From a virus: a stretch of DNA of 64,000 nucleotides. How positions within the stretch are numbered: the first letter of the stretch is position 1; each line of letters opens with the position of its first letter. The notes beneath the pieces are model-generated. The model saw only the letters and a list, made by a program, of their open reading frames with translations. It had not been told where the DNA came from and made no database searches. This document shows positions 1 to 8,372 of this stretch, piece after piece. The translations under genes and the position numbers were made by a program. The stretch lies in IMG/VR virus record IMGVR_UViG_3300021495_000001, positions 1 to 64,000 of that record; one strand, written 5' to 3'.

Positions 1-814
1 CATTGTACGCCCCCTGCTTCATGAGAGTATCTTGGAAAAGCTGCCAATAGGAACGCAACTCCTCAATCTGCCCACCCAAGGTAGACATCTGTCTTTGCAT
101 CATCCCACCAAACTGGTCACGCATATAACCCATAAAAACATCAATCACATCCTGCATATCCACTACACCAGCAGCAATTGCCTCATTCAATTTCTCTAAC
201 TCTGCCCGTCCTATATTAAATCCACTTCTCAATGCATCCCCAACATTTACCCCAGCATTACTCAACTGCATCAAGTCCTGCGCCATAACCTTCCCCGTGG
301 CAGCCATCTGGCCAAAAGCATAAGCTAGACGGGGTAACACCTCTTTCCCCATAGCTGCTGCTGTATCACCAAGGGCTGTCATAGTTTCAATAGTGGGGTC
401 AAGACCATATGCTTTCAGAGTCTTGTATGCCTCCATTACCTCATTTATACGATAAGGGGTTTGGGTAGCAAATTCCAGTAGCTCTTGAAACTTCTTATTC
501 CCTGCATCTATCCCTTTCTCCAATACCTGTAGTGTCATCCGATACTGTTCAAATGAATTAGCCACCTCTACAGTTTGCTTAGCCACATACCCCAAGCCCA
601 ATGCGAGCAATGCCCCTCTAAGACTAAATATCAGGCCAGTAACCCCCTTCATTCCTGTTCTTACTCTATCAATCCCCCTTCTCCATATACTCACTTCCCT
701 AGTAGATTTCCTTATTTCCCTATTAAGGTCAATAATAGCCCCTTCAAAATGCTTAACAACACCACTTGCCTTATCCTCACCAAGCAAAACAAATTTAAGT
801 GTCTTCTCAGCCAT
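1..814 (-). CDS. Tail tape measure protein, N-terminal part (gene runs off the left edge)
   Basis: Absent from the ORF track because it is open at the edge. Manual minus-strand translation from ATG 814-812 gives MAEKTLKFVLLGEDKASGV...LIFSLRGALLALGLGYVAKQ...FATQTPYRINEVMEAYKTLKAYGLDP...GQMAATGKVMAQDLMQLSNAGVNV. This matches the TP901/PhageMin_Tail-type tape-measure core. It lies directly after the chaperone pair. Confidence 0.75.
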   Translation of the reverse strand, partial: MAEKTLKFVLLGEDKASGVVKHFEGAIIDLNREIRKSTREVSIWRRGIDRVRTGMKGVTGLIFSLRGALLALGLGYVAKQTVEVANSFEQYRMTLQVLEKGIDAGNKKFQELLEFATQTPYRINEVMEAYKTLKAYGLDPTIETMTALGDTAAAMGKEVLPRLAYAFGQMAATGKVMAQDLMQLSNAGVNVGDALRSGFNIGRAELEKLNEAIAAGVVDMQDVIDVFMGYMRDQFGGMMQRQMSTLGGQIEELRSYWQLFQDTLMKQGAYN

Positions 815-1183
815 CTACCTCTTATCCTCTTCCTCTTCCTCTTTCTCCTGCCTAAGCATTATACTGGTCAGCAAACAAAACCGTTCTATAAATTCCAACC
901 TTCCCTCCACCCCAAACTCCTTCATAATAAGCTCCAACCCATCTACATTCAGTGTATAACCACCAAAGCCATTCTGCATTACAAGAAGGGGGAAATAGCG
1001 GACAAAGACATACCAGACAAAAGCATTCTCTTCTGTAGGATCTACCCACCCACACTCTTCACATGTGGGTCTAGGCCAACCCATCTCTCGCATCAGTTGG
1101 CACTTTTCACATGTCACTTCTACTCCGTCTTTTATCCCTTGCTGTCTCCTCCGCTGCCATTCTGCAAACTGGATAAGTTTTTT
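815..1183 (-). CDS. Tail assembly chaperone, -1 frameshift extension (gpT-like part of a G-T fusion) with a CxxC...CxxC zinc ribbon
   Basis: The -1 frame relative to 1132..1635 is open from the slippery site (KKLIQFAEWQRRRQQGIKDGVEV TCEKCQLMREMGWPRPTCEECGW...) to the stop at 815. That stop abuts the tape-measure ATG at 814. Confidence 0.5.
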   Translation of the reverse strand, partial: KKLIQFAEWQRRRQQGIKDGVEVTCEKCQLMREMGWPRPTCEECGWVDPTEENAFVWYVFVRYFPLLVMQNGFGGYTLNVDGLELIMKEFGVEGRLEFIERFCLLTSIMLRQEKEEEEEDKR

Positions 1184-1635
1184 TCCTGCTCCTCCTTATA
1201 CTTACGACAGAAATCCTCAAACTGGCTCATTACCATACGAGAGGCCTCTATCCATGCCACACCCAGCATGGGGTACCCTCTCTTTACTAGGGCTAGTTTG
1301 TTTTCTCTTGTACAAGGTAACTCCCTCTCTTTCTCATCCACCACCCCTTTCCAATCCTTTACAATATAGTCAATCAGAGCCTCATTCAGCCCATCATTGT
1401 CCACTTGGGTGGTACGCTGGGTCTCCCTGCGCCCCTGCACAAAAACTGTCTCTACCTTTTCTGTAGTGTATCGTTCCCGCAGCTCACTATACACTTCATC
1501 AGTCAACGGGTTAATCAAAAAAGACACCTTGTCCCGCTCGTCTTTAGAAAATTCACCTAGCTCTGATTTATCAAACAAAGGGTCACTAGCCTTAATCCAT
1601 ACTGGCTCTGGTGTTAACTTAAATTTAATGCCCAT
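1132..1635 (-). CDS. Tail assembly chaperone (gpG-like)
   Basis: 167-aa ORF between the tail tube and tape-measure genes. It has a slippery heptamer near its 3' end and occupies the canonical G/G-T position. Confidence 0.6.
   Translation of the reverse strand: MGIKFKLTPEPVWIKASDPLFDKSELGEFSKDERDKVSFLINPLTDEVYSELRERYTTEKVETVFVQGRRETQRTTQVDNDGLNEALIDYIVKDWKGVVDEKERELPCTRENKLALVKRGYPMLGVAWIEASRMVMSQFEDFCRKYKEEQEKNLSSLQNGSGGDSKG
1177..1183 (-). promoter_or_regulatory. Programmed -1 ribosomal frameshift slippery heptamer A_AAA_AAC
   Basis: Minus strand reads cag gaA AAA AAC tta in the 0 frame of 1132..1635 (X_XXY_YYZ pattern). The downstream ORF is exactly in the -1 frame and open from this point. 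Confidence 0.55.
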
Positions 1636-1674
1636 TACTATGCTCCTCCTTTTCTATCTATTTTACACCCCTCT

Positions 1675-2706
1675 CTAACCTAATATATCCCCAGACCTAG
1701 TATTTACTAGCGTAATCATAAACGGCTCAGTACAAGGCATTCCATTAGGCGTATTAACACAAGCATCCAACTGTAAAGTCACTGTATGCCCTATCTTCCC
1801 AGGGCCTCCTACCGGTGCAGTCGCCGTGACAATCTTAGCCGAGGGGGCTTCTATCTTAAACATATAGCTGTTAGCATCTGTGAAAGTGATGTCCAGTTTC
1901 TGTAAAGTAGCACTGTTAATTGCAGTGGTAAAATCATTCATGCTATACTTATCAAAAGTCAATTCCAATGTAGCAGTGGGGAAACCACCACCAGTTGGCT
2001 CACTAATATCATTATAGCTAGCATCACGGTTCTCTTCCATTGGACGGTCAAAAGTCAGCCTAATGGTATGTGGATATATCTTATCACTATCACTCAATGC
2101 AGCCCCATCCCTGGCATTCATCCTAATCTTAGCATTGTCATCAAACACCACGCAGTGATACCTATCTGGGTAGGTTACATTGGCTATTGTATCAGTACTG
2201 TTTACCTGACTTTCTGTCTCCCACTTATTGCCAGTGCAATTAAACTCTGCTGTAACAATCTCGCCTACTGTCGCATTAAAGGAGAAACCAGTAACCTTAA
2301 GACTGGGGATTTCCCACACCTTGTCAGTCTTCTTCTTGATTACAAATGTCCCAAACAGCCCATCATTATTCGGTGCAAGCCTAATTGCATGCTCCCATTT
2401 GTCGCTTCCACTGCTAATACAAGTAGGGGTAGATGTAGAGCCCATCCCACAAGCAATCAACCTATCCAAACCCATGTACCGCATGTTTGCCCCTAGTGCC
2501 CCTGATGGTGCTGGGTAAAAAGTATCAATCCGCTCAGTAATAAAGTTCACCCCTAAAGACTCATCTGCAATAGGCGTCCGCCCAATATCCCCTAGTGCCT
2601 CATTGGTAATTAACACTCCATCACCGGACCCCACCTCCACTGCCGTTCGCCAACTAGTCGCCTTCTTAAATGCTGCTATAATCTCTCTTCCTGTTATTGC
2701 TGCCAT
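1675..2706 (-). CDS. Major tail (tube) protein, siphovirus-type
   Basis: 343-aa ORF immediately upstream of the chaperone pair and tape measure, with a strong RBS (aggaggtgaaagaga ATG). The call rests on position and beta-rich composition; no specific family was recognised. Confidence 0.55.
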   Translation of the reverse strand: MAAITGREIIAAFKKATSWRTAVEVGSGDGVLITNEALGDIGRTPIADESLGVNFITERIDTFYPAPSGALGANMRYMGLDRLIACGMGSTSTPTCISSGSDKWEHAIRLAPNNDGLFGTFVIKKKTDKVWEIPSLKVTGFSFNATVGEIVTAEFNCTGNKWETESQVNSTDTIANVTYPDRYHCVVFDDNAKIRMNARDGAALSDSDKIYPHTIRLTFDRPMEENRDASYNDISEPTGGGFPTATLELTFDKYSMNDFTTAINSATLQKLDITFTDANSYMFKIEAPSAKIVTATAPVGGPGKIGHTVTLQLDACVNTPNGMPCTEPFMITLVNTRSGDILG

Positions 2707-2747
2707 TCTCTTTCACCTCCTATACTCTCATCATTACTTCTACCTAA

Positions 2748-2776
2748 TTAATAAGGAAATTAAGCCTAAAAATTTA
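2748..2776 (-). promoter_or_regulatory. Conserved 29-nt late motif, copy C (upstream of tail tube gene)
   Basis: Minus strand TAAATTTTTAGGCTTAATTTCCTTATTAA begins at the TAA stop of the upstream gene. It aligns without gaps to the copies at 16362..16390 and 19955..19983. Confidence 0.4.
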
Positions 2777-3232
2777 TACGTTCTCAATGCAATCATTTAT
2801 CAACTGGTATTGAGCCGCCCAAAAAACCACTTGTGGGGTAGAATATAGCTCCCAAGCCCTTACTGGTTTAAGTGGCCTAATGGATAGTCCAAGTGTCTTC
2901 TCTTTCAACTTCTCCATTATGTCCTTTAGTATTGTATACACCCCCTTACTCCCCCCTCTTGCCTCTGACTGGTCTTGGTAACTTTGGCTTACAATCAAGA
3001 GGTCAACTGTCACGGTCTCCCGTGTGCACTCTTGGTCAGCATACTCATACTCTGCTGAAGACACTTTTACCAACACTGCTGGAAACTGGTTTACAAAAAA
3101 CTTTGTCAGTGCCTCCTCACTAGCCAACTCACCTGCATACCCTTTCAGTGCCTTCAAATACCCGCCTCTCTTCTTTAACAGAGGTTCTAAAGCATCTAAA
3201 ACCTTATCCTCATAATCCTTCAAGCTATACAC
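2774..3232 (-). CDS. Mu gp37-like (DUF1834-like) head-tail joining / tail terminator protein
   Basis: 152 aa. YLKALKGYAGELASEEALTKFFVNQFPAVLVKVSSAEYEY resembles my recollection of the Mu gp37/gp68 family. It lies between the virion morphogenesis gene and the tail tube. Confidence 0.45.
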   Translation of the reverse strand: MYSLKDYEDKVLDALEPLLKKRGGYLKALKGYAGELASEEALTKFFVNQFPAVLVKVSSAEYEYADQECTRETVTVDLLIVSQSYQDQSEARGGSKGVYTILKDIMEKLKEKTLGLSIRPLKPVRAWELYSTPQVVFWAAQYQLINDCIENV

Positions 3233-3236
3233 TCTG

Positions 3237-3728
3237 TTATTCCTCTTTCATCACATGTCTGCTAATTATTTTTACCACCAAATCCCAATCCCCTTCCCAC
3301 AACCCCTCAAACGGTAGCAACATCCTCTTTGGGACGTCACCCCAAGGGATAGGCACTCCTCGTTTTGTCCTCCCATACTGTCCTTTTCTAGCACCAAACT
3401 GGTGTGTAGGGGCATATCTTACCTCAGTCCCCCACTCTACTCCTCGCTGGCTAAAAGCATAAACAAAACTTTGTTGTAATGTGCCCATATCAGCCAATAT
3501 CTTTGGCCTGCCCTTACCTTTACCTTTCCTCCGCCTTGCAATAGTCACTGGGCTAAGGGGCTTCCAAGGCTGCCTGTATGGGTCATGTTCTCTCCTCCAC
3601 CCCCTCTGCCATCTACCAAGCAATGCCTCCCCTATCTCCCTCATTGCTGGGGCGAGGCCCCCCAGTGCCCTTGCCACTACCTCAGCCTTTTTCCTTGCCT
3701 CTCTAGTATCTACCTCAAACCTTATCAT
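3237..3728 (-). CDS. Phage virion morphogenesis protein (Mu G / tail completion S family)
   Basis: PWKPLSPVTIARRRK...ILADMGTLQQSFVYAFSQRGVEWGTEVRYAPTHQFGA is the typical family pattern. The start is set at the internal MIRFEV (3728), which abuts the upstream ORF end at 3730. Confidence 0.7.
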   Translation of the reverse strand: MIRFEVDTREARKKAEVVARALGGLAPAMREIGEALLGRWQRGWRREHDPYRQPWKPLSPVTIARRRKGKGKGRPKILADMGTLQQSFVYAFSQRGVEWGTEVRYAPTHQFGARKGQYGRTKRGVPIPWGDVPKRMLLPFEGLWEGDWDLVVKIISRHVMKEE

Positions 3729-3729
3729 C

Positions 3730-3978
3730 CTATTTCCACCAAATGGCCTTAGTCCACACAGCAAAAAATCCACCAAAAAACCCAGTCACTGCACTCACCC
3801 CTCTATCCCTCCATCTACGGTTCTCCAATTTGTCAAAACGCTTTCCACATGCATGTTTCTGGGTAGACAGGGTGTCATTTATATTCACTATATACTCAAA
3901 CAAAATATTTAACTTCACATTAACATCTGTAATCTGTTCAAAATCCTCCTTATTAATTGGCCTTACACCAGGTGGCAT
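3730..3978 (-). CDS. Small protein with C-terminal transmembrane segment
   Basis: 82-aa ORF with RBS aggaggatataaaa ATG. C-terminus GVSAVTGFFGGFFAVWTKAIWW is hydrophobic. Confidence 0.4.
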   Translation of the reverse strand: MPPGVRPINKEDFEQITDVNVKLNILFEYIVNINDTLSTQKHACGKRFDKLENRRWRDRGVSAVTGFFGGFFAVWTKAIWWK

Positions 3979-3992
3979 TTTTATATCCTCCT

Positions 3993-4757
3993 TTATAAAT
4001 CCCGTTCATCCTCCTCATCATCAATACGGTCATCATCTATAAACTGCTCCTCATACTCTATCATCGCAAAGGTAGGATGATAGTCTTTAGTACTAGACCA
4101 AACCTCCGTGTCAACCTTCCTTGCTATCACCTCTCCTGCCGTATTCACCAAGGTTAAACTCCCTACTTCCAAAGCCGTAATAGTCTTTTCTATCCTTTCC
4201 TTCTTCCCCTCAATCCAATCAAGTAAATCAGTCCCTACATGAATAGCATGGTCATCTAGTATCTCTACCAATGCCAGTGTCTTGCTAAGCCTACCAATCA
4301 GCGGGGGAAAGCTACTCACACTAGTGGCAAAGGGAACAGTATACATGGAAGATAGCCTAGCATTTATCACTGCATCTGCATCAGCAATATATTGTCTCAG
4401 GTCCTCATTAGTCAAATCCAGCTGGTCAAGCTTTTTATATAGCCTCCGTAAATCATTTGGGTGGCTATACAACCCAGCCTCATCTGCTGTTGTCTCTATT
4501 ACTTCAAACAGCCCCCGACTGATGTAATCCTTCCCACTAATAGTTACCTTCCACACATAACTATACAAACCAACAGTGCTGGGTAAAGTCTGGATAACAT
4601 AATAATCATAATCACTACTCTGTGATGCTGTAGCACTGGACACTAGAGTTTCATTTTTATCATAAATAGCCAGTGAGGGGGTTACGCCTGGTGCAACACT
4701 AAAGCTGACAGTAAATTGTTTAGTCCCACCTTTTTCATATCTTTCATATTCAGCCAT
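3993..4757 (-). CDS. Head-tail adaptor, Mu gp36 / DUF1320-like C-terminal domain with an extra N-terminal beta domain
   Basis: NEDLRQYIADADAVINARLSSMYTVPF...PPLIGRLSKTLALVEIL matches my recollection of the DUF1320 pattern. The N-terminal ~90 aa are beta-rich (Ig-like) and the C-tail is acidic. Confidence 0.5.
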   Translation of the reverse strand: MAEYERYEKGGTKQFTVSFSVAPGVTPSLAIYDKNETLVSSATASQSSDYDYYVIQTLPSTVGLYSYVWKVTISGKDYISRGLFEVIETTADEAGLYSHPNDLRRLYKKLDQLDLTNEDLRQYIADADAVINARLSSMYTVPFATSVSSFPPLIGRLSKTLALVEILDDHAIHVGTDLLDWIEGKKERIEKTITALEVGSLTLVNTAGEVIARKVDTEVWSSTKDYHPTFAMIEYEEQFIDDDRIDDEEDERDL

Positions 4758-4758
4758 T

Positions 4759-6792
4759 TTAGCTTCCTTTCATCCCATACGGGTCTTTTATGTCTTTCTT
4801 CATCCCATACGGGTCTTTTATATCCGTAAACATAGCTGTAATCACTTTTACCACTGCCCAAACAATTTGAGCATTTAGGTTGTCAGAAAGCTGGATAAGG
4901 GTATCAGTTAAAATCTTCAGCTCTTCCTTTGTAAACTTATCATTTAAAGCTACACTCTCAGCAATTGTCTTTTCTATCTCCTTCTTCCTTCTATCTTGGA
5001 GCTGAAGTAGAGTGTCAGTTAACAGTTTGGTAAAAATAACCTGTGCCTTAATGGTATCTTCTACTGGCAAAGTATCAAAAAAAGATTTAAACAGTTCTTT
5101 TTTACTCCTATCAGTCAAAATCAAACTATCTACCAACACCTTTGTTAAAATCCCTGTTATCTGAGCAATATAGGTATCTGACAATGGTAAAGTATCTGCA
5201 AGTTTTTTATCCAAATCCAGCTTCTTAATGTCTGATAATGACAGGATATCCCTTACCCTTTTGTCTAAATCTATCCTTCTAGCATCTGACAGTGATAATG
5301 TATCAGCCACTCTCTTGTCTAAATCCGTTCTTTTCATATCAGACAACAACAGCATGTCTGTAATCTTCTTATCTAAGTCAATTTTTTTCAGGTCTGATAA
5401 CAACAAAGTGTCTTGGAACACCTTCTCAACCACCCCAGATATAATTTCTGCGATGAATGTGTCTGTCAAAGTGATGGAAGTAGTAAATATTTTGCTCAAA
5501 GTCTTGACCAGTTTATCACTTATATCCAGTTGGTCTTGGAGGCTTTTATCAAGTGTTTTTACAGCAGTGTCAGTAATGGTAACCAAATCAGTAAACAATC
5601 GGTGGAAGAGGCATGATTTAAAGTGAGTATCAGACAAGCTCAAAGAATCCAGAAAATGCTTTTCTAGCTCTTTTCTCTTTCTGTCAGATATGCTTAAAGA
5701 AGCTAAGAAGCATTTCTCCAACTCCTTCCGCTTTCTATCAGACAAAGCCAAGCTCTCAGCCATCACCTTGTCCTGCATAGCCCCTCTACTGTCAGAAAGG
5801 CTTAGCGAGTCTTGCAAGGTAACAGAAAACACCTGTCCTCCAGCCGCCACATACTCATCCGCTCCAATATCCCAACTTCCGCTCCTAGTCTCGCCATCTA
5901 TATCATCATTGAATGCTAAATTTGGGTCAGAGGATAAATCTACACCTGCATCCTTTGCACAAGTATCACTAGAGGCAAGATGAAAATCATCATTAGCCTC
6001 ATCAACAAAAGAAACTGTGCAGGTTTTACTATTCGCGCCTGGAGCATCACCAGAGATGTCTGAAACATTATAATCAGAAGAACCATCAAAATCTCCATAA
6101 AAACCATCTGTGCAATCTTGGGTAATGTTATTTTTTGCTACAACAGTGCCGTGTCTACGATTTAATCCATAGTAACAATTATGAATTGTGTTATTGTAAA
6201 TGTAAGCATTAGTGCTTACACCATAAAAATATATTCCTCTTGCTTCTGTAGTTCCTTGCCCCCAATCATAAATAATGTTATTGTAAGCCTTTAAGGTAGC
6301 TTGACTTTCATATATCCCACGGCCATATGCATCTCCTGTTGGGTTATTTCCTCTTATAATACAGTGAGAAATAGTGACTTCATCACTATTATTTGATGGT
6401 GTTACCTTGATTCCATCCTTGGCCAAAGTAGATGTATTAGTGTTATACACTTGCAAACCTTCAATTCTTGTGTAAGCTTCATAAATTCTTAATAAATGTG
6501 TTGCTGTAGCGACCAATCTATACTTACTATCATTCCACTTCCCATCATGCCTATAATTTTCACTTGGGTCAGTCCAGATTTTGATATAACGAGTAGCATC
6601 TGGATTCCAGCTACCATCAATAGTAATAGGGTCGGTGTCTGCACTTCCACTTGAACATCTACATTTGGCAACTGCTATTTCATCTGCCTGCTGTAAATCC
6701 TTCTCCTCCCCTGCTTCCCAAGCACTCAAGCTGGTATAATCCGTTCCCGTGCCATTGTCTGGGTCAACTATCTTAACATTCTCAGTCGCCAT
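4759..6792 (-). CDS. Right-handed beta-helix (pectate-lyase-like) protein with a C-terminal array of ~18-aa repeats; candidate fibre/depolymerase
   Basis: N-terminal half carries repeated NNIIYD / IYNNTIHNCYYG / AKNNITQDC turns. C-terminal half has ~17 units such as DTLSLSDARRIDLDKRVR and DILSLSDIKKLDLDKKLA. It ends DIKDPYGMKKDIKDPYGMKGS. Confidence 0.6.
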   Translation of the reverse strand: MATENVKIVDPDNGTGTDYTSLSAWEAGEEKDLQQADEIAVAKCRCSSGSADTDPITIDGSWNPDATRYIKIWTDPSENYRHDGKWNDSKYRLVATATHLLRIYEAYTRIEGLQVYNTNTSTLAKDGIKVTPSNNSDEVTISHCIIRGNNPTGDAYGRGIYESQATLKAYNNIIYDWGQGTTEARGIYFYGVSTNAYIYNNTIHNCYYGLNRRHGTVVAKNNITQDCTDGFYGDFDGSSDYNVSDISGDAPGANSKTCTVSFVDEANDDFHLASSDTCAKDAGVDLSSDPNLAFNDDIDGETRSGSWDIGADEYVAAGGQVFSVTLQDSLSLSDSRGAMQDKVMAESLALSDRKRKELEKCFLASLSISDRKRKELEKHFLDSLSLSDTHFKSCLFHRLFTDLVTITDTAVKTLDKSLQDQLDISDKLVKTLSKIFTTSITLTDTFIAEIISGVVEKVFQDTLLLSDLKKIDLDKKITDMLLLSDMKRTDLDKRVADTLSLSDARRIDLDKRVRDILSLSDIKKLDLDKKLADTLPLSDTYIAQITGILTKVLVDSLILTDRSKKELFKSFFDTLPVEDTIKAQVIFTKLLTDTLLQLQDRRKKEIEKTIAESVALNDKFTKEELKILTDTLIQLSDNLNAQIVWAVVKVITAMFTDIKDPYGMKKDIKDPYGMKGS
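4771..4821 (-). repeat. 30-nt tandem duplication at the 3' end of the 4759..6792 gene
   Basis: catcccatacgggtcttttat occurs at 4771-4791 and again at 4801-4821. It encodes DIKDPYGMK twice. Confidence 0.85.
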
Positions 6793-7310
6793 TATTGCCT
6801 CTGGTCAATGATTTTTAAATCTTTTGCACTTACCTCAATTATGCCTTTCTTCAAACCGTCTTCTATTCCACTAATATCAACTTTATACCGCCTTCGTGCT
6901 ATTGTATGAAGTTCAGGCTCTTCTTCTATTTTGATATTGTAGTCTGACTCGTTTACTGTTATTCCAAAATGGCTTAACTCTTGAGCAACCAATCTACACT
7001 TTTTCAGGCATTCACTTTGTGCAAGGTCTTTATCTGTGCTTGTAACAAAAACACCCAATTTGTCTGATACAGCATGGTATCTAGTGCCAAGGTTTATTTC
7101 ATGGAATTGTATTAGATGTTGCAAATCTTCAGGATTGGCATCCTTAACTCGGACAATATAGAACTTTTCTTTGTTTAGTTCTTCCTTACCCCATTTCCAA
7201 CCATCAGGCTTAATTACAACCACATAACCTTTTTTATAGCAACCCCGCAAGTCTTTTACTTCATTGCTGTGGGTTGCATCACAAGCTTTTACAAGCAATT
7301 CAGCAGGCAT
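6792..7310 (-). CDS. Hypothetical protein (virion module)
   Basis: 172-aa ORF translationally coupled to both neighbours (ATGA-type overlaps). No recognisable motif. Confidence 0.5.
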   Translation of the reverse strand: MPAELLVKACDATHSNEVKDLRGCYKKGYVVVIKPDGWKWGKEELNKEKFYIVRVKDANPEDLQHLIQFHEINLGTRYHAVSDKLGVFVTSTDKDLAQSECLKKCRLVAQELSHFGITVNESDYNIKIEEEPELHTIARRRYKVDISGIEDGLKKGIIEVSAKDLKIIDQRQ

Positions 7311-7720
7311 TATTGAACCTCCACTTGAAAGCTTTGAGGAACTTCAGGCACTGGATACGGAATATAAATTGTTACTTCTGCCTTATCACTTTCATTATCT
7401 GCATTCTTTGCACTTAAACCAAATGTATAGTTTTGTCCAACCGAAATAACATCATAAGTAAACGCCTCTTCAAAACTTTTTGTGCCTGTTTCACCATCAC
7501 TGCATTTAGAAGTGAACTCCTGTATTTGTGTCCATGTATCATCAGGATTTTTCAAATACAAAACAAACTTAGTTTCCCAGCCAGGGCAGTCATAATCCCA
7601 CCGAGCTATGAAATCCATTGCTGTAGCTTCTGGAACGATAATGTAAGTATGAACCACAGCACCAGCCAATAAGGGCAAAAGCATTAACACAAAAGCCAAG
7701 ATAGTAATTAACTTTTTCAC
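7310..7720 (-). CDS. Secreted/exported beta-sandwich (FN3/Ig-like) protein
   Basis: N-terminal signal-peptide-like MKKLITILAFVLMLLPLLAGA. The rest is beta-rich with a C-terminal PYPVPEVP. Confidence 0.5.
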   Translation of the reverse strand: MKKLITILAFVLMLLPLLAGAVVHTYIIVPEATAMDFIARWDYDCPGWETKFVLYLKNPDDTWTQIQEFTSKCSDGETGTKSFEEAFTYDVISVGQNYTFGLSAKNADNESDKAEVTIYIPYPVPEVPQSFQVEVQ

Positions 7721-7908
7721 TTTTGAACCTCCTTACCATATATTTTTCTGAATAATTTAACCATTCTATTTTTTATCTTTTTATTTGAGCCAGCATAAAG
7801 CAAGTCTTCCACCTCTATAACCACTATCTCTGTCTCTCTTAACTGAAGCATATTATACTTAATTCTAATCCACCACTCATCAGCATGTCTTTCTACTTTC
7901 CATCTCAC
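7717..7908 (-). CDS. Hypothetical small protein
   Basis: 63-aa ORF with 4-nt overlaps to both flanking genes. Confidence 0.35.
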   Translation of the reverse strand: MRWKVERHADEWWIRIKYNMLQLRETEIVVIEVEDLLYAGSNKKIKNRMVKLFRKIYGKEVQK

Positions 7909-8372
7909 TAGCCTTTACTACCGATAGTAGTCTCAATGGTCAGCTTCAAAAAGTCACTATTCCCCAGCGTGGCAATCGTCCCAGTCAACCGTTGGAACAT
8001 CGTCCCACCTGTAGCAGCATTGAAGACACCTGCCTCTGTCAAGGCAACCGAGGTAATACTATCAGCAGCACCAGCAAAGGTAGTCACTGTAATCCAGACA
8101 TTATTACTACTAGTATTAGTGGCAAAAGTGTTCCGTGCCACCTCTCCCTCTAGTGCCGTATCATTCACTGTAGGGTCAGTTCCACCAGTCCCAACTGCTG
8201 TGTAAGCCATTGCACTGCCAGGGTTACTTGTGAGGTATTGAGCCAACCAATCCATCCCATCACCCACAATCAGGTTCTCGAACCTCTTCCTCTCCACTCT
8301 CCCATCAGCCCTAGTAATCTCCACTAACCAAATAGCCTTCAATGATAACCTGTCTCTCTTTTTCTTACGCAT
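7908..8372 (-). CDS. Putative virion structural protein (beta-sandwich)
   Basis: AYTAVGTGGTDPTVNDTALEGEVARN...LTEAGVFNAATGGTMF resembles a recurring phage structural-protein pattern. Start is set at MRKKKRD (8372), giving an 8-nt overlap with the upstream stop. Confidence 0.4.
   Translation of the reverse strand: MRKKKRDRLSLKAIWLVEITRADGRVERKRFENLIVGDGMDWLAQYLTSNPGSAMAYTAVGTGGTDPTVNDTALEGEVARNTFATNTSSNNVWITVTTFAGAADSITSVALTEAGVFNAATGGTMFQRLTGTIATLGNSDFLKLTIETTIGSKG

Noticed and set aside
575-1466. Plus-strand ORFs 575..1369 (264 aa) and 1065..1466 (133 aa)
   Set aside because: Their products are low-complexity and Pro/Ser/Leu-rich. They lie antisense to the tape-measure and chaperone genes, which have recognisable motifs. 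They are shadow ORFs of the minus-strand coding frame.
5228-5983. Plus-strand ORFs 5228..5626 and 5690..5983 with repeated SDN/LLSKS peptides
   Set aside because: They are the mirror image of the minus-strand 18-aa repeat region of the 4759..6792 gene. They have no independent support.
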